A DNA stretch of 62,948 nt, counting the filler, from Ministeria vibrans ATCC 50519 (Eukaryota; Protista; Filasterea): the NCBI GenBank assembly GCA_943704425.1. It is 11 parts of 11 records of this genome, joined end to end, with 100 filler letters (N's around TTAATTAATTAA, not from the genome) between each part and the next. Parts side by side here need not be neighbours in the genome. Positions count along the whole stretch, not along the records: positions 36,659 to 46,491 come from CALSCP010002095.1; positions 46,592 to 48,814 come from CALSCP010002832.1; positions 48,915 to 52,077 come from CALSCP010001223.1; 8 more parts are not named here. One strand, written 5' to 3'. The translations under genes and the position numbers were made by a program. This document shows, piece after piece, positions 37,924 to 50,967 of the stretch (position 1 is its first letter; every line of letters starts with the position of its first letter). Under the pieces are notes generated by a model that worked only from the letters and a program-made list of their open reading frames with translations, did no database searches and was not told the DNA's origin.

Positions 37924-39947
37924 TCAGTGCATATCCGTCCAGTTGCGAGGGCGTCGGGTATGCCGACTGGGCATGACAACATTGTTGGCGTGGGTCACAA
38001 CATAGTCGCCGTCGTCATCCGTCTCACTGTCACTGTCTGTCGACGACAAATCGCGCACGCGCATCGACCCAGCCTCACGATCGCCATGTGGAGAAGAGCG
38101 CTCAAAGAGGACGGGTCGTCGCTCAAGGCGTCCTTCCATCTCGGCGAGTCCATTGTGGTACAGTTCTTCATTGCGTTGGATTTGAGCGGCGAGGTGGTGT
38201 GCCCGCGTGTGCTGCTCCTTCTGCTGTGAGCGCAGACGATCATCGCGTTGACGCAGCTTGGCCGTGACGTGAGCGCGCACATCCTTGGAGCGTCGCTTGC
38301 CGTCCAAATGAAGCTCATGCTCCATGCGTTCTGTGAGGCGCTGCGTCTCTTGCTTAGCGCGGAGTCGTTGTTCGCGCAAAATGACGGTGCGATTCAGCTC
38401 AACGTGCGCATTGGATGGGGATGCGGCGGGAGAGGACGACAAAGGGGCACGACGTGGTGAAGCATACGGCCAGCGGGTCTCAAGCAAGCGTTGCTCATCA
38501 CGCTCCAGTTCCTCGCAAATGCGATCCTTGCGCGATGGGATAGCGTCGCCACGCAGACGAAATGGCTTGGGTTGCGTGGTGGCGGCGTCACGGGCGTGCT
38601 GGCGGGCGGAGTCGACACGGGCGTCGAGACGCGCATGCATTCGTGCAAAGTCCGGCAATTCGTGCACGTCGGGCGTGTACCCAATGTCGGGCTGAAACGA
38701 ATGCTCGGGCGTTAGGTGGGCGCGCTGTTGGCGTTGGGCAAGCACCTGCCTGCGCAGCGCACCAACACTCATGACGTCGTCTTGCATGTTGCGAGGTAAG
38801 GCGCTCTCGCGCAGCAGACGCGCCGCACGGTCGGGCTCAGACTCGCTTGATATCGGCGGCGGCGGGTGCTCGGCAACGTAGGTGGAGGCCGGCACAGGGT
38901 GCGCAATGAAGGTGCGATTGGGCTCCCGTGGGGGTGGACAGTGAGGAGGACGGTTTTGCGTATGAGTGAGGCGAAAGGGAGCTTCGTTGGCGCGGGTGAG
39001 GCGTTCGCTGGACTCCCGTACTTCCTGGGAGCGATCGAGAGAGCGTTGGCAGCGCCACTCAAACAGCGGGTAGTGTGTGTGATGTGGCACTTTTCGCGCT
39101 CGGAATCTGTAACGCAAGTGAGCGTCTTCGTCACGTTGGCGTTGGTCGCGCTCGTCAAGATACTCAATAAGTGAACGCGAAGGGGGAGCGCGTGGTCGCT
39201 TGCTCAGGCGGAAAGGAATCGATTCGGTGGTGCGCGGTGCCAGTGAATCCATCGAAGTATCCGAGACGCTCACAACTGCTTCAGGACGACGCCGTGGTGG
39301 TGGTGCGGCGTACGTGTCCACTTCAAAGTCTTGCCACAGCGAGGAGGTGGAGGAGGCAGAAGAGGCTTCGGCAACAGTGGCATTTGAAATTGCTGATGCT
39401 TTAGCTGTAGTAGAAGAGGCCTCGGCAACAGTGGAATTTGAAGTTGATGCTTGAGCTGTGGTAGTGTGGTGGTGGCGGTGGTGGTGGCGTAAGGACGACG
39501 CGTGAGGACTACAGGTGCGGAGGAGCGAGGCAAATTCGCGGTCGTCTGAACGATCCGTGTCGTGGGATTCGACGCGCGTCAAATGCAGCAGAGCAAGACG
39601 ATAGTCAAAGCGGCTGTCCGCGTCCTTGTGTTGTCGAGTACGCAAGCTGTCAACGAGGGCTCTCAGTGCACGAATACGTTCCGTGTGCGTCTTTTTTTTT
39701 GGAGAGGACAGAGGTGAGAGACATATTCGCAAAGTTCAATACTTACGAGGGAGGAGAGAAAGCGCGCAGTGAAGGATTGCGGAGTGTCGCCACATGCAGC
39801 AGCATAGAGATGCCGTTGACGAGCGCGTGCGGCCTCCTGGTATGACTCTTGATGGCAACGGTTGTCAACGAGACGTCGCGCAAGCTCAATGGCGGGTGGC
39901 AGCGCACCCTGGCCCAATGGGTACGACTGGTATGTAACTGTGTCCAT
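37924..39947 (-). CDS. FAM161: FAM161 (UPF0564) centriolar/ciliary microtubule-binding protein
   Basis: RFRARKVPHHTHYPLFE, EAPFRL, FIAHPVP, PDFARMH, TTQPKPFRL, ETRWPYASPR, RLERRPVLFER. Confidence 0.85.
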
Positions 39948-40249
39948 GCAAATCACTCTGGCGCAAAGGGTTAAGTGCTAAATAAAAGAAAACGAAAAGA
40001 TTTGAGACTTCTGACTTTGAGTTGTTATTTGTTTGTAAGTGCATAAATATTCATTGTGATGGATAGGGATCCGGTAAGTGGCAACTACTGACTTATTCTG
40101 ACTACGGAGTACGGATCAGTGCCTAGTAATGACTAATGACGGTAGACGGTGATCAGTACGGCAGCTTCACTCTACGGTTCCTTCACCCTTATAAAATCAA
40201 TCAATTATATTTCACTTTTATTCAGATTCCACCATCCACACAATTCCAA

Positions 40250-41510
40250 ATGGAAAAGAAATCCCAAAAGTATGATCGTCAGCTGCGCCTATGGGGCGAT
40301 CACGGCCAATCGTCCTTGGAAAATGCAAAGGTAGGAGTCCAAAATGGTCGATGAAGTGTGCTGATTGTTGCGCTCCTCCCGACGCAGGTCTGCCTTGTCA
40401 ACGCCTGCGCGGCCGGCACCGAGACGCTGAAGAACCTCATTCTCCCAGGTAGGAAAGACATCTCGTGTTTGTGCAATGTCTCGTCAGAGGAAACAGAGCG
40501 AATCAAAAACAGATGAATATAAAACACAAAACACCTTCTGCCACTGTTAGGGGTCGGCTCGTTCACCATTGTCGATCCTGCGATCGTACGAGGACAAGAC
40601 ACGAATGTGCATACTGGTGTTGACCATTGCGCTGTACTCCCCCGCCTTTCTCTCTCTCTCTCTGTCTGTCTCTCTCTCTCTTGCAGGTGAGTGCGCCCGA
40701 CCTGGGCAACAACTTCTTTCTGACAGCCGACTCGTTAGGCAAGTCGCGCGCTGAATGCACGCATGCCTATCTCAGCGCACTGAATCCAAGCGTCTCTGGA
40801 AGCTATCTACAATCGGTATTGTTTGCAGAACGAGGGGAATACTCTTCCCTGACCCTTTTTTGTTATAGTCGCTCGAGACAGTCATGGAGAGTGGTGCGAC
40901 CTTCTTTGCGCAGTTCACCCTGGTGATTGCCGTGGACCTGCGCGAGTCACAGTTGCTCACACTTGCTGATCTTTTGTGGGACATTGACGTTGCGCTCACC
41001 TCCATCCGTTGCTACGGCCTTGTCGCCACCATTCGCCATCAGGTAAAACCTACGCATCATTATATTTGTTGACGTATTTTTTTTGTGTGTAAGATTCGAG
41101 AGATGTTTATCGTCGAGACACACCCCGAGCATCCTGTTGACGACTTGCGTCTTGATTGCCCCTTTCCCACTCTACAGTACGAAAGAGTGTGATAAAAAAA
41201 AGCGAGAAAAAAGAAAGCGAGAAAAGAGTGTGTGTGTGTGTGTGGCGTCTCATTTTTGTATTTTTCTCTCTCTATCACTTTGTTTCTTTCTCCTCTCTCT
41301 TTTTATCACTTTGTTTCTTTCTCTACTCTCTCTATCACTTTGTTTCTTTCTCTTCTCTCTCTATCACTTTGTTTCTTTCTCCTCTCTCTTTTTATCACTT
41401 TGTTTCTTTGTCCTCTCCCTCTCTATCACTTTGTTTCTTTCTCCTCTCTCTTTTTATCACTTTGTTTCTTTGTCCTCTCTCTCTCTCTCTATCACTTTGT
41501 TTCTTTCTCC

Positions 41511-41605
<95 letters not shown>

Positions 41606-43372
41606 GATCCTTAGGGCCTATGTGGAATCGGTAGACATGTCGACGGTTGACGAAAAGACCCACTCGCACACGCCCTACGTGGTTGTGCTACTTAAGGCTC
41701 TTTCAAAGTGGAAGAGCGAGCATGATGGACAGGTGCCACAGACGCGCGATGACAAAAATGCCTTCAAGCAGGTCAGTGTGACATTGTGGTGTATGTACAT
41801 GTGTAACTGTGTGAGCATGTAAGTGCGTACGTGTGAGATTAGTCCGCTTAGTGTGATTACTGTGCTGTGGAGTGTCTTTGTATGTATGTGGCTGCTTGTG
41901 TTGAACATGGTGTGTTTGAGTAGCTGTTGCACGACAGCCAGCTTGTGACAGAGAATGGCGTGACAGTCATGGAGACAAATTTTGAAGAGGCCATCGGAGC
42001 AGCCTACAAGGTACGATATGTGACGTGTACATGTAACGTGACGCTCACACCGATATGTGTATGCGTTTGTCATAATAGGCATGGAGTCCAACACGAATTC
42101 CCAGTGACGTCCAGCGCATTCTTGACGACGACCAGTGCGATGCGCTCTCTCCTTCCTCCGCCAACTACTGGTTTCTTGCTCGTGCTCTCCGTGACTTTGT
42201 TCGCAACGAAGGCCAAGGGTAGGAAAACGAATGGTTCTGATGAAATATTTAATAGTAATAATTAATTGATATGATTCTTGGTATGTGTTTTGGTTTGGTT
42301 TGGTTTGGTTTTGGTCGGTTCTCGTTTATGCGCAGGCGGCTTCCTCTCCGTGGTACCATCCCCGACATGACATCAGACAGTGCCAGCTACATCACTCTTC
42401 AGCGAATCTACTTTGAGCAGGCAGCGCGCGACACAGACGCAGTGGCGACCCGCGTTCGTCAACTCATTGCTTCGGTCGATAAGGTAACAATATATATATN
42501 NNNNNNAATATATATTTTGCGTTGATGATTCAACCACGCGCATTGTGTAGCCTGAGGACTCTGTGAGCGATTTGGAAATCAAAATGTTATGCAAGAATGC
42601 GTCATTCCTGCGACTGGTTCGGATGCGCTCAGTGCGCGACGAAATGGACTTTATGACGGCTAAAGGACCCGACATTGGAGCCCAGCTGGAAGATGTGGGC
42701 GCCAGTAACATGGTTTACTATGTGCTCCTGCGCGCTATCGACAGTTTTTATGAGGAACACCGTCGCTTCCCAGGTGATCACTTGATTTGCTGCTAGTTTT
42801 TGGGGTTTCTTTGTCTCTCATTTCCAATTCTTTTGCGGATTATTATTATTATTATTGTTTTGTCTTTCTCTCCTGCTGTGCAGCTTTCCTTGAGTTTCTT
42901 GTTCTGTTATTTTGTTTTTGTTGTGTGTGTCTTGGTGTCTTTCTTTCTTTGTGCACTTCCTTACTTTGATCTTTCGCTCTGCGTGTTCGGCTGCGATATT
43001 TTTCGTATCCCTTCGTACCTTTTTGTCTTTTTTTACTTTGTGGTGTGTCTCACTCACTCTCTCTTGTTTTACTCTTGCAATTTTTTATCTTAAGGTGACT
43101 CGGACGATTGCGTGGAGACGGATGTGGCACTGCTGCGCACGTGCACGCAGCAGCTGCTGGGTAGGTTGGGGCTAAGTGCGGGGGGTGTTATGGAAGACCA
43201 CATGCACGAGATGTGTCGCTTTGGTGCTGCCGAGCTGCACACCGTCGCCAGCGTCATTGGCGGCATTGCCTCCCAGGAGGCATGCAAAATCATTACTCGC
43301 CAGTGGGTACCCGTCAACAACACCTTCATTTACAATGGCATCAACTCGACGACAACCGCCATAGAGTTGTAG
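40250..43372 (+). CDS. NAE1: NEDD8-activating enzyme E1 regulatory subunit (APP-BP1/Ula1)
   Basis: [107 protein letters not shown]; about 12 exons. Confidence 0.97.
41265..41600 (+). repeat. Intronic CTCTATCACTTTGTTTCT(T/C)n satellite; family also at ~13810-14060, 25280-25980, 36680-37010, 56040-56230, 59390-59860 and 60950
   Basis: Recurrent ATCACTTTGTTTCT core separated by (CT)n. Confidence 0.92.
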
Positions 43373-43627
43373 TGGAAAAATTGAAAATGGATGCAAATGC
43401 AATGAATAATTAGTAATAAGTGCTTCCGCCATCGACGAGTTCCGTAGCAGCGGGCGTAGCTAGCAATAATAGCATTGGTTTATTTGGTTACTGACTAGTG
43501 AGACGTGATTTATCTAAGTACTTTTCAAACCATGATTAAACCACTCGGTCGGGAGTGAGTCGGATCTTTCTCAGAAATCGGATTATTATTATTGTTTTTT
43601 GTATCCGTCCTGACACTCAAAGCAATC

Positions 43628-44586
43628 ATGCGAAATTTATGGGATTTTATTGAACAAGACTGTCTTGGCCCAGATGGAACGTCCTTGGCGCTTCAAGAGG
43701 AGTTGGATCAGGTATAAACAACACCCAATCGAACAGGGGTGAACCAAGGACTCTGTTGCAGACTCGCTTGAGGCTCGACGAACAGAAGCAGTACACGCTG
43801 CGACGACTTGTCGTCTGGCAGCGTCTTCAAAAGTTGGCAAACACACGCTCTGTACGATGTGAGTAGAGGTGTGAGTCACTCAACAAGCAACATTGACAAG
43901 CGTAGGATCTGCAAACGTTGTTGACGGCTGCCGAGTCGGCCGTCGTCGCTGAGGAGCAAGAGCTACCGGGAATCGATGTCGACGACGTGCGCGATATGGG
44001 CGAGCCTCTTGAGGCGGACGCGATGCGAACAGCGGTGCGGAAAGCGCTGCGAGAGACGACTGCAGCGGACGTCCGTTTGCTCCGCGAGGCTGCAGCCGGC
44101 AATGCGACCACTCTCGCTTGCGAGCGAGTCGAGCGCAAGTCGCTACATTTGCGCGTGCGCCAATTACGGCACTCTGTGCGAGCTGAGCAACGAGCGTTGC
44201 GCGAAACTCTTGAAAAGTGCGTTGAGAGAGGCGCACAATTACTTGCAATGGATGAGGGCACGAAAGCGGCCGTGGCACACGCGCGCTGGGCGGTCGCCAA
44301 GAGCGACGCCATGCGACGCAAAGTGGCGCTTCTACGACATCAGGTACTTGTGGACACGTACACGACGAGCGAGCTGGCTCGATTGGCGGCACTGCGCGTG
44401 ACAGTGGAGCAACAGATTGCGGCGTGTCGCGATGAGATCGAGACGGGCGAAGAGTCGCTTGCGGCCTATCGGGCAGGTGGAGAGGTAATTAAGAGAATTG
44501 TCGTCGAGTATCAGCGAGTCTTGGATGAGATTGAGAGTCGCGAGTGGGCACTGGCTGAGCTGGACAGGGCAGAAAGGCGCTATTGA
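43628..44586 (+). CDS. HAUS4: Augmin subunit HAUS4
   Basis: C-terminus KVALLRHQVLVDTYT...LAAYRAGGEVIKRIVVEYQRVLDEIESREWALAEL fits the HAUS4 DTYT...EY...W.L.E pattern. Confidence 0.8.
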
Positions 44587-44644
44587 GTAGTAGTGCGTAT
44601 ATACTGCATTCATTTGATTCTTGTACAATTTTTCATTGTGACAT

Positions 44645-46261
44645 TTACTGTACTACGGGCACAAAGGAAGATGGAATACGGGCAAAGGCGGGACCGTTGC
44701 GATGGGGTTGGGGGTGCGTGTGGGTCACAGTGAGAGGAGGAGCACCCGATTGGAGCCAGTCGGAGAGATCGGAGGGACTGACAAGGGCTGTAGAATGACC
44801 CGTGGACGGGTCGGAATATGAAAGGGAGAGTGTGGCATGGGGTGTAGTGGTGGGGATAGTACTAAGAATGGCGTGGCGCAGAACTGGAAGGCGTATGGGC
44901 ATGGGGACGTCGACGCGGGCGAGCAGGGCGTTGTGGACGATACGGATGCGCTGGACAAGCGGGCCGCACGACGCACTCAGACGCAGCGCACTGCTCACTC
45001 CAATGTGCCGCGCAAGAAACCGGTCTAATGAGCGCTGGTCTCGAATTTCATGATGTTGCTCAAGGGGCGCCTGGACCGGAGCATTCTCGTCGTTGTCGTC
45101 GCTCTTGCGCTTCAGAGGGGCGGACGGGGCAAGGGTGGCGACTGCTGTGGCGTACGAGAGAACGAGAGGTGCATCGGAGGCAATGGAGAGGGCCTTGGCA
45201 AGAGAGGCACAAAAGGAGGCAAAGGGGATGGAGGGACGCTGAGAGCCAGAGGCGAAGAAGCGCATTGGACCAGCGGAGTGAACGGGCACAGGGATAGACA
45301 CCGCGGCAATGGTGGAGGTGTCAACGGACGCAACGTGGATTACGTAGGTGGGCGCAGATGACGCGGTAGACGACGCGGACCAGCCGCCAAAGGGCCCCTG
45401 GTAGGTGTTACCGTTGCGCCATTTGCGCGTGCCGGGACCCGAAGGCCGTCCGTCGCGGAAGGCGCCCGTGTGCTCCCATTGCGCGCGCGTCCCGTTGGCC
45501 TTCTCGAGGGCGTTCTCGTCGTTGGCACGACCATTCTGGTAGGACCCCAAGTATACTCGAGCACCCGAGGCAAATGCTCGCTTGCCAAGTCCGTGAGGCA
45601 CTCCGTCAAGGCAGGCGCCATGCCATTGGTCGCCCGCGCGCCACTTGATACCAGTGTGCGAGTGCGCCGTTCCCATGGCTGTGGTCAGTTGCGACGTTGC
45701 GTTTGACAAAAAGGCGGTAGCGGTGGTTGAAGTTGAGGCTGAAGTGGCGCCGTGGGTGACGCGCGTGCCGTGGTGGAAGGCACCCTCGTAAAGCGAGCCG
45801 TCGGCATAGCGACGTCTCACAGACTCGCCGTGCGGTCGACCCCGCTCGTCAAAGGTCCCATGGACAAATTCGCCAGAGGGCCACTCGACACGCCCTTCGT
45901 AGGGTCGTCCAAATCTAAAGGTGCCCGTGAAGACGGACTGATCGCGCGCATACGTGTAGCGACCCACAGTGAGTTGATCTTGCTGAAATTCGCCCTCATA
46001 CTCATCACCGGATGCGGCAAAAATTGCAACGCCCTGGCCGTGCCTCTGACCGGAAACAAACATCCCGGTGTAAGTGGAGCCATCGGGTTCGGTCCAGACG
46101 CCCCGGCCGTGCGGCTTGTCTCGACGCCACTCGCCCAAATATTTTGAACCGCTCGATTTGAATAGTTGCTCGCCGCGACCGTGTCGTTCCTTCCGGCTGC
46201 CATCTTGGGTTCTAACTGTTTCACCAGTGTACTCTCCGTCTGAATAGTGTAGCGCGGCCAT
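44645..46261 (-). CDS. MORN-repeat protein with two degenerate PB1-like C-terminal segments, intronless
   Basis: Multiple YxGxW/F..G..HGxG repeats; C-terminal LSLSYSDPSTGHSTALVSPSDL resembles an OPCA motif. Confidence 0.85.
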   Translation of the reverse strand: MAALHYSDGEYTGETVRTQDGSRKERHGRGEQLFKSSGSKYLGEWRRDKPHGRGVWTEPDGSTYTGMFVSGQRHGQGVAIFAASGDEYEGEFQQDQLTVGRYTYARDQSVFTGTFRFGRPYEGRVEWPSGEFVHGTFDERGRPHGESVRRRYADGSLYEGAFHHGTRVTHGATSASTSTTATAFLSNATSQLTTAMGTAHSHTGIKWRAGDQWHGACLDGVPHGLGKRAFASGARVYLGSYQNGRANDENALEKANGTRAQWEHTGAFRDGRPSGPGTRKWRNGNTYQGPFGGWSASSTASSAPTYVIHVASVDTSTIAAVSIPVPVHSAGPMRFFASGSQRPSIPFASFCASLAKALSIASDAPLVLSYATAVATLAPSAPLKRKSDDNDENAPVQAPLEQHHEIRDQRSLDRFLARHIGVSSALRLSASCGPLVQRIRIVHNALLARVDVPMPIRLPVLRHAILSTIPTTTPHATLSLSYSDPSTGHSTALVSPSDLSDWLQSGAPPLTVTHTHPQPHRNGPAFARIPSSFVPVVQ

Positions 46262-46591
46262 GATCAAAGGCTGTTGTAGTCTAAACAAGGAGGTTTGTGA
46301 GTTTGAATATTTTTTTTTGAATTTGTTTGCACGCCTGACCGAAAAAAATAACACAAAATGTCTATGTATAAAGTGATGCTGGCGCAAGAGGAAACCGCCG
46401 ACTAAATTGATCGAGAGACCTCTAGCAAAATGTTCAAGATGGAACAGCGCACTACTGAGAAAAAAAATTAATCAGTATTGTAATGAATAATNNNNNNNNN
46501 NNNNNNNNNNNNNNNNNNNNNNNNNNNNNNNNNNNTTAATTAATTAANNNNNNNNNNNNNNNNNNNNNNNNNNNNNNNNNNNNNNNNNNNN

Positions 46592-46932
46592 AAGACCAAG
46601 AAGTTGTGTGGGAGATCGCCGCCGAAGGCAGCGAGCTCTTTGTTGGAGTCGATAAATTGCTGACTGGTAATGCCTACACAAAAGTGTGGCTAGAAGAGGA
46701 CAACACAAAAGGCAACGACTCGGAGTGGCATGTGATTCAGAAAGCGAAAGTATGGAGCGACGGCAAACCAGACGAGGAGAGTGGCGTTGAGCGACACGCC
46801 TGCTTCACAATCCCTGGAAAGTACTGCATGTCAGACGAGGAGAGCGTGGCCATGGACAAGGGGATCGTCCGTTTCTCTTCTTCCAAGCGGCAGCGCAAAC
46901 GCCCCAACTCCTCGGCCGACAGCCTGAATTGA
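46592..46932 (+). CDS. C-terminal fragment of an unknown protein at a contig start
   Basis: Open frame with coding-like composition ending at TGA; no motif recognised. Confidence 0.35.
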
Positions 46933-46960
46933 GCCTGAAATACAAAAAAAATTAATATTA

Positions 46961-47004
<44 letters not shown>

Positions 47005-47198
47005 ATGATTATCATGATTTCTATTATTACTATTATTATGAGCGAGAAACATCTGTGCACATAAATATTTGTGAAGCGCCTCGGGCCGGGCCTTTGTGCT
47101 GCTGGCTTGACTGCTTCCCCAGATATATTCTATCTTAGTACATAAGCTGTATTGAAAACTATAATACAACAGCTCGGACAGACACTGGGTACGCATAG

Positions 47199-48620
47199 CT
47201 AGGGAAAGCCAGACATGCGGTGGTACTTGAAGTGGTTGAGGGCGCCCGAGTCGTAGGCCATGCCTGTCGCCTTGGCGTGGAATCGCTCTGTGCTGCAGTA
47301 CGTGTTGTTGGCGTCGGGGTAAATGTCAAGGCAGAGGGTGCGGTTGCGTGCAATGAGCGAGGATACGGTGGGCGCAGGGGTTGTGAAGGGCTGCGTGGGG
47401 TCGCGAAGGTGCTGAAGGAGTCGGTCCATGAGGGTCGTGAGTACGTTGATAAACGCGAGCGCTGCATCGCCATGCAGATGAAGGTCTTGCTTGTACGCAA
47501 GTTTGAGGGAGCCGTAACTGAACTCTTGTAAATAGGGACTCCGCCAGTTGGTTGTCGGGTTCTTCGTGGAAAAGGCATATATAAAACGCGGGAGGTTGAT
47601 CATTTCCAGCTCGGGGTGACTGCCGTCCCCCCGCGCATCCGCTACAAACATGGTTACGGGATAGTTGTGTTGGCGCTTCCACTCCATCAGCGCTGGGATA
47701 AACACATCGCGTTGGCGAAAGCCACAGTATCGCGTGAGATACGGGGTGAGGCACGACGCATTTCCGGGAACACATTCAGCTGCATCCGCCACAGTCTCGG
47801 GAGGAAAATTGCCCTCGGCCTTGTAAAGGCTGACCATACATTGTTCTTGGGTGCACTTGTCGCTCTCGGCCTTCTTCAGGCTTGACCAATAGAACTCGAC
47901 GGAGATGTTCCGCTCAGCAATTTCAATACTACAACATGTGTTCACAATGGGAGAAAAAGGGAAGGAGGGGGTGAAGAGTCAGGGGTTGGCTGGTTGTAGG
48001 GTCCCCTAAAAAAATCCTCTCTCACCGGTTATCGAAGTGTGCATTTGCGTTCTGATTGTTGCACGCAACAGCGAGACTACCAGGAAAGGGGCCGTTGCGC
48101 CGATCTTCTGGCCAGCGTGCGTCTACATGAGCACTTCCACCGTTTGTCAGAAGATCGCAGAAGCAGCGATACATGTTGCGGGTGTAGGACACGCCAATAA
48201 ACACGATGTGCTGGTCTAAATCAAAGCGAGTTGCAAATTGCAAAACATTCATATCGTCATAGCTCGTCTCCTTACTGGCGAACACGTCTTGCATCTGCTC
48301 AGGCGAGTACACGTGATAGTCACAAGATGGATCAGACAGCAGGGCACCAATTTGAACGCCTCCTGGGTTGGTACACCACGCTGGAAGCTTTGTGAGCGCA
48401 CGTTCCTCAACGCTCGGCTCAGGCGCTCCTGGCGCCAGGCCTACGACGTTTTCTCGAGAGGTCAATGTAACAGAAACTAGTCCCAGCCATCCTGGGATCG
48501 AGAAATCGGTGTTTCAAAAAGGACAATCAGACACTCTTTCGCGCGCCTCTCCTCACCAATGATCGCACAAAGCGACAATACGATCACGGTAGCACCGAAT
48601 CTACCACTAAGCTTCATCAT
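47199..48620 (-). CDS. Signal-anchored SGNH/PC-esterase-like protein, 3 exons
   Basis: N-terminal hydrophobic segment; IVFIGVSYTRNMY (GDS-block-like); late DLHLHG; Cys-rich. Confidence 0.55.
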
Positions 48621-48971
48621 ATATCAACAAGGTGCAAGAGAAAGATTGCAAAAAGTGTCTATTCCCAAAAAAAAAATCAATATAAAAATGATGCTTCATC
48701 AATGAATTTCTTCAAATTTTCATGTTGATAATGACTTTCTGAGTGAAAGTCAGAACCCACCCATTTCAAAATTGAAAAGTCAGAACCCACCCATTTTCAA
48801 ATCCTTGCTCAGAANNNNNNNNNNNNNNNNNNNNNNNNNNNNNNNNNNNNNNNNNNNNTTAATTAATTAANNNNNNNNNNNNNNNNNNNNNNNNNNNNNN
48901 NNNNNNNNNNNNNNAGCCAAGGAGTGTGTGAGTGAAGTGACTGGTGATTGTGTGTGTGTGTGTGTGTGAAG

Positions 48972-50408
48972 GTGGGTAAGATTGTATTGGAGAAGATTGA
49001 AAAGCACGCGCGAGTGCGCTGTGGGTTTGCGGGCATTGCCGATCTGTCGACGTTCAAGTTGGAAGACCGAATGGACTCGTTTGTGCTTGCCGAGACCTTC
49101 AAGTACCTTTTTCTGCTCTTTGACGACGGAAACACGTAAGAAGATGGGGTTTGTGCATGAATCAAAATGAAAAATTATTAACTTACACGTTCCTTTTATT
49201 TGTTTGTCGTCTCTCTCACTCTCGCATACACTCTTTCTTGTGCTGTGTAATTCAGGACTCCGTTTGACGTGGACGAGTACGTCTTTACCACTGAGGCGCA
49301 CCTGCTTCCCCTGTCGCTGTCACAGCAGTCGCCCACCCAGAAGAGTCACCACAGTTCGCCCGGTGGTAAACATCGTTCGTCTGCAGTCCACGATCATTGG
49401 TACGAAATTTCTTTTTTATAATAATGATTATCTTTAATTTTTTTTTTTGATTTTGATTTTGTAGTTGTCCCAACTTTCTTTCGATATTCGCGCTGAAGCG
49501 GTTTCACGATGCGGTGTTTGGCGATTGGATTGTGGTTGCGGCGACGGACGGGACGGGGGACCGTGTGCTGGTCCCCGTACTCGATACGTCGATTGGGGTG
49601 CGCTACGGTAGTGCGTATCGCTCGACGACGACGCGTGCCAATGCCGATGGGGGGTCGTTGTCTGAGGATGGTGTGTTGGATACGGCGCGACGGTTTGAGT
49701 CGCGTGCGAATCCGTCGGCGAAGGCAAAGCAGACGGGCACGCGAGGGGGTGAGGCACGACTGACGCCCTTGAATGAGCTTAGAAGTGGGTTTGGGCCGCA
49801 GTGTGGGCTTAACGAGGAAGATTACCTTGACGACAGCGAACTGGACGACGCCGAGGACGCCGAGTTGGACCTGTTGCTGGATACCGAGTCTATTGACATC
49901 CATGTCAAGTCTCATCGTGCCTATTTGCGACGAAGAGGCATTGAGGTGACGGTGCTTGGCGACGGCACACGCGCCCAGCTGACCCACCGTGTGGATGTGG
50001 CACTGTCACAGACCATGTTTGAGCAAGGGGCACAGATAGTGCGTCAGCTGGTGGCACTTCACGCGGGGAATGGGGCCGCAGCAAAGAAGACGGCGGGTGG
50101 CGCACACGAGAAGGCCTACGAGACCATAGAAGTACACATTGTGGCTCCAGAACAGTACACGTCGTACCTCTTCAAGGGTGGGCCGGCGCTCTTCTCGACG
50201 ATGGACCTTAAGCAAGTCACAGGTGGTGTTCAGGGTGGTCTTGCTGTGGCTGAGCCCGAATCCGCCTGTGTACCCCTGACCAACGCCCCTGCACTCCACG
50301 GCCGTGTCGCCCTTGTCATGCGCGGCGCCTGTATGTTTGTCGAGAAGCTGCGTCACTTGCAGAGCGCGGGAGCCATTGCAGCAATCGTAGTCGGTACATA
50401 CTTCATTT

Positions 50409-50487
<79 letters not shown>

Positions 50488-50807
50488 AATGTACAAGTAA
50501 TACTCACACATACTCACAAATGCACAAGTAATACTCACACATACTCACAGCTGCACAAGTAATACTCACACATGCACAAGTAATACTCACACATTTTACT
50601 CCAACAGACCACATGACGATTCCCGAAGTATTTGCAATGAGCGGCGACGGACAAGATGACGTTGCCATTCCCGCAGTGCTCTTGAGCAACGCAATGGGCA
50701 CTGAGCTGCGTTCACTTCTCAGTGCCTCAAAAGCCAATAGGGGGTCATCTGACGCTCCACTTACTGTCACCTTGCGCTCCGAAAAGGAGCGCATTCGTAA
50801 CTCTTAA
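48972..50807 (+). CDS. EDEM3: EDEM3-like GH47 alpha-1,2-mannosidase with PA domain, 5' part missing
   Basis: [32 protein letters not shown]; PA domain [16 protein letters not shown]...GAIAAIVV...[14 protein letters not shown]. Confidence 0.92.
50492..50594 (+). repeat. Intronic minisatellite (CAAGTAATACTCACACA)x4 following a (CA)n tract
   Basis: Seen directly. Confidence 0.85.
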
Positions 50808-50967
50808 ACTCTATCTGTTTGTGTGTGTAAAGTAAAACACGTTGTACAAATTAAAAGCAGAAGAAAAAAAACTTTTGTTTGCCAAAAACACTCTTTTCTT
50901 CACTTTGTGAACAGAAAGTACAGTCAGGAGTGGTTCTCTCTTCTCTCTCTCTATCTCTCATCGCTCT

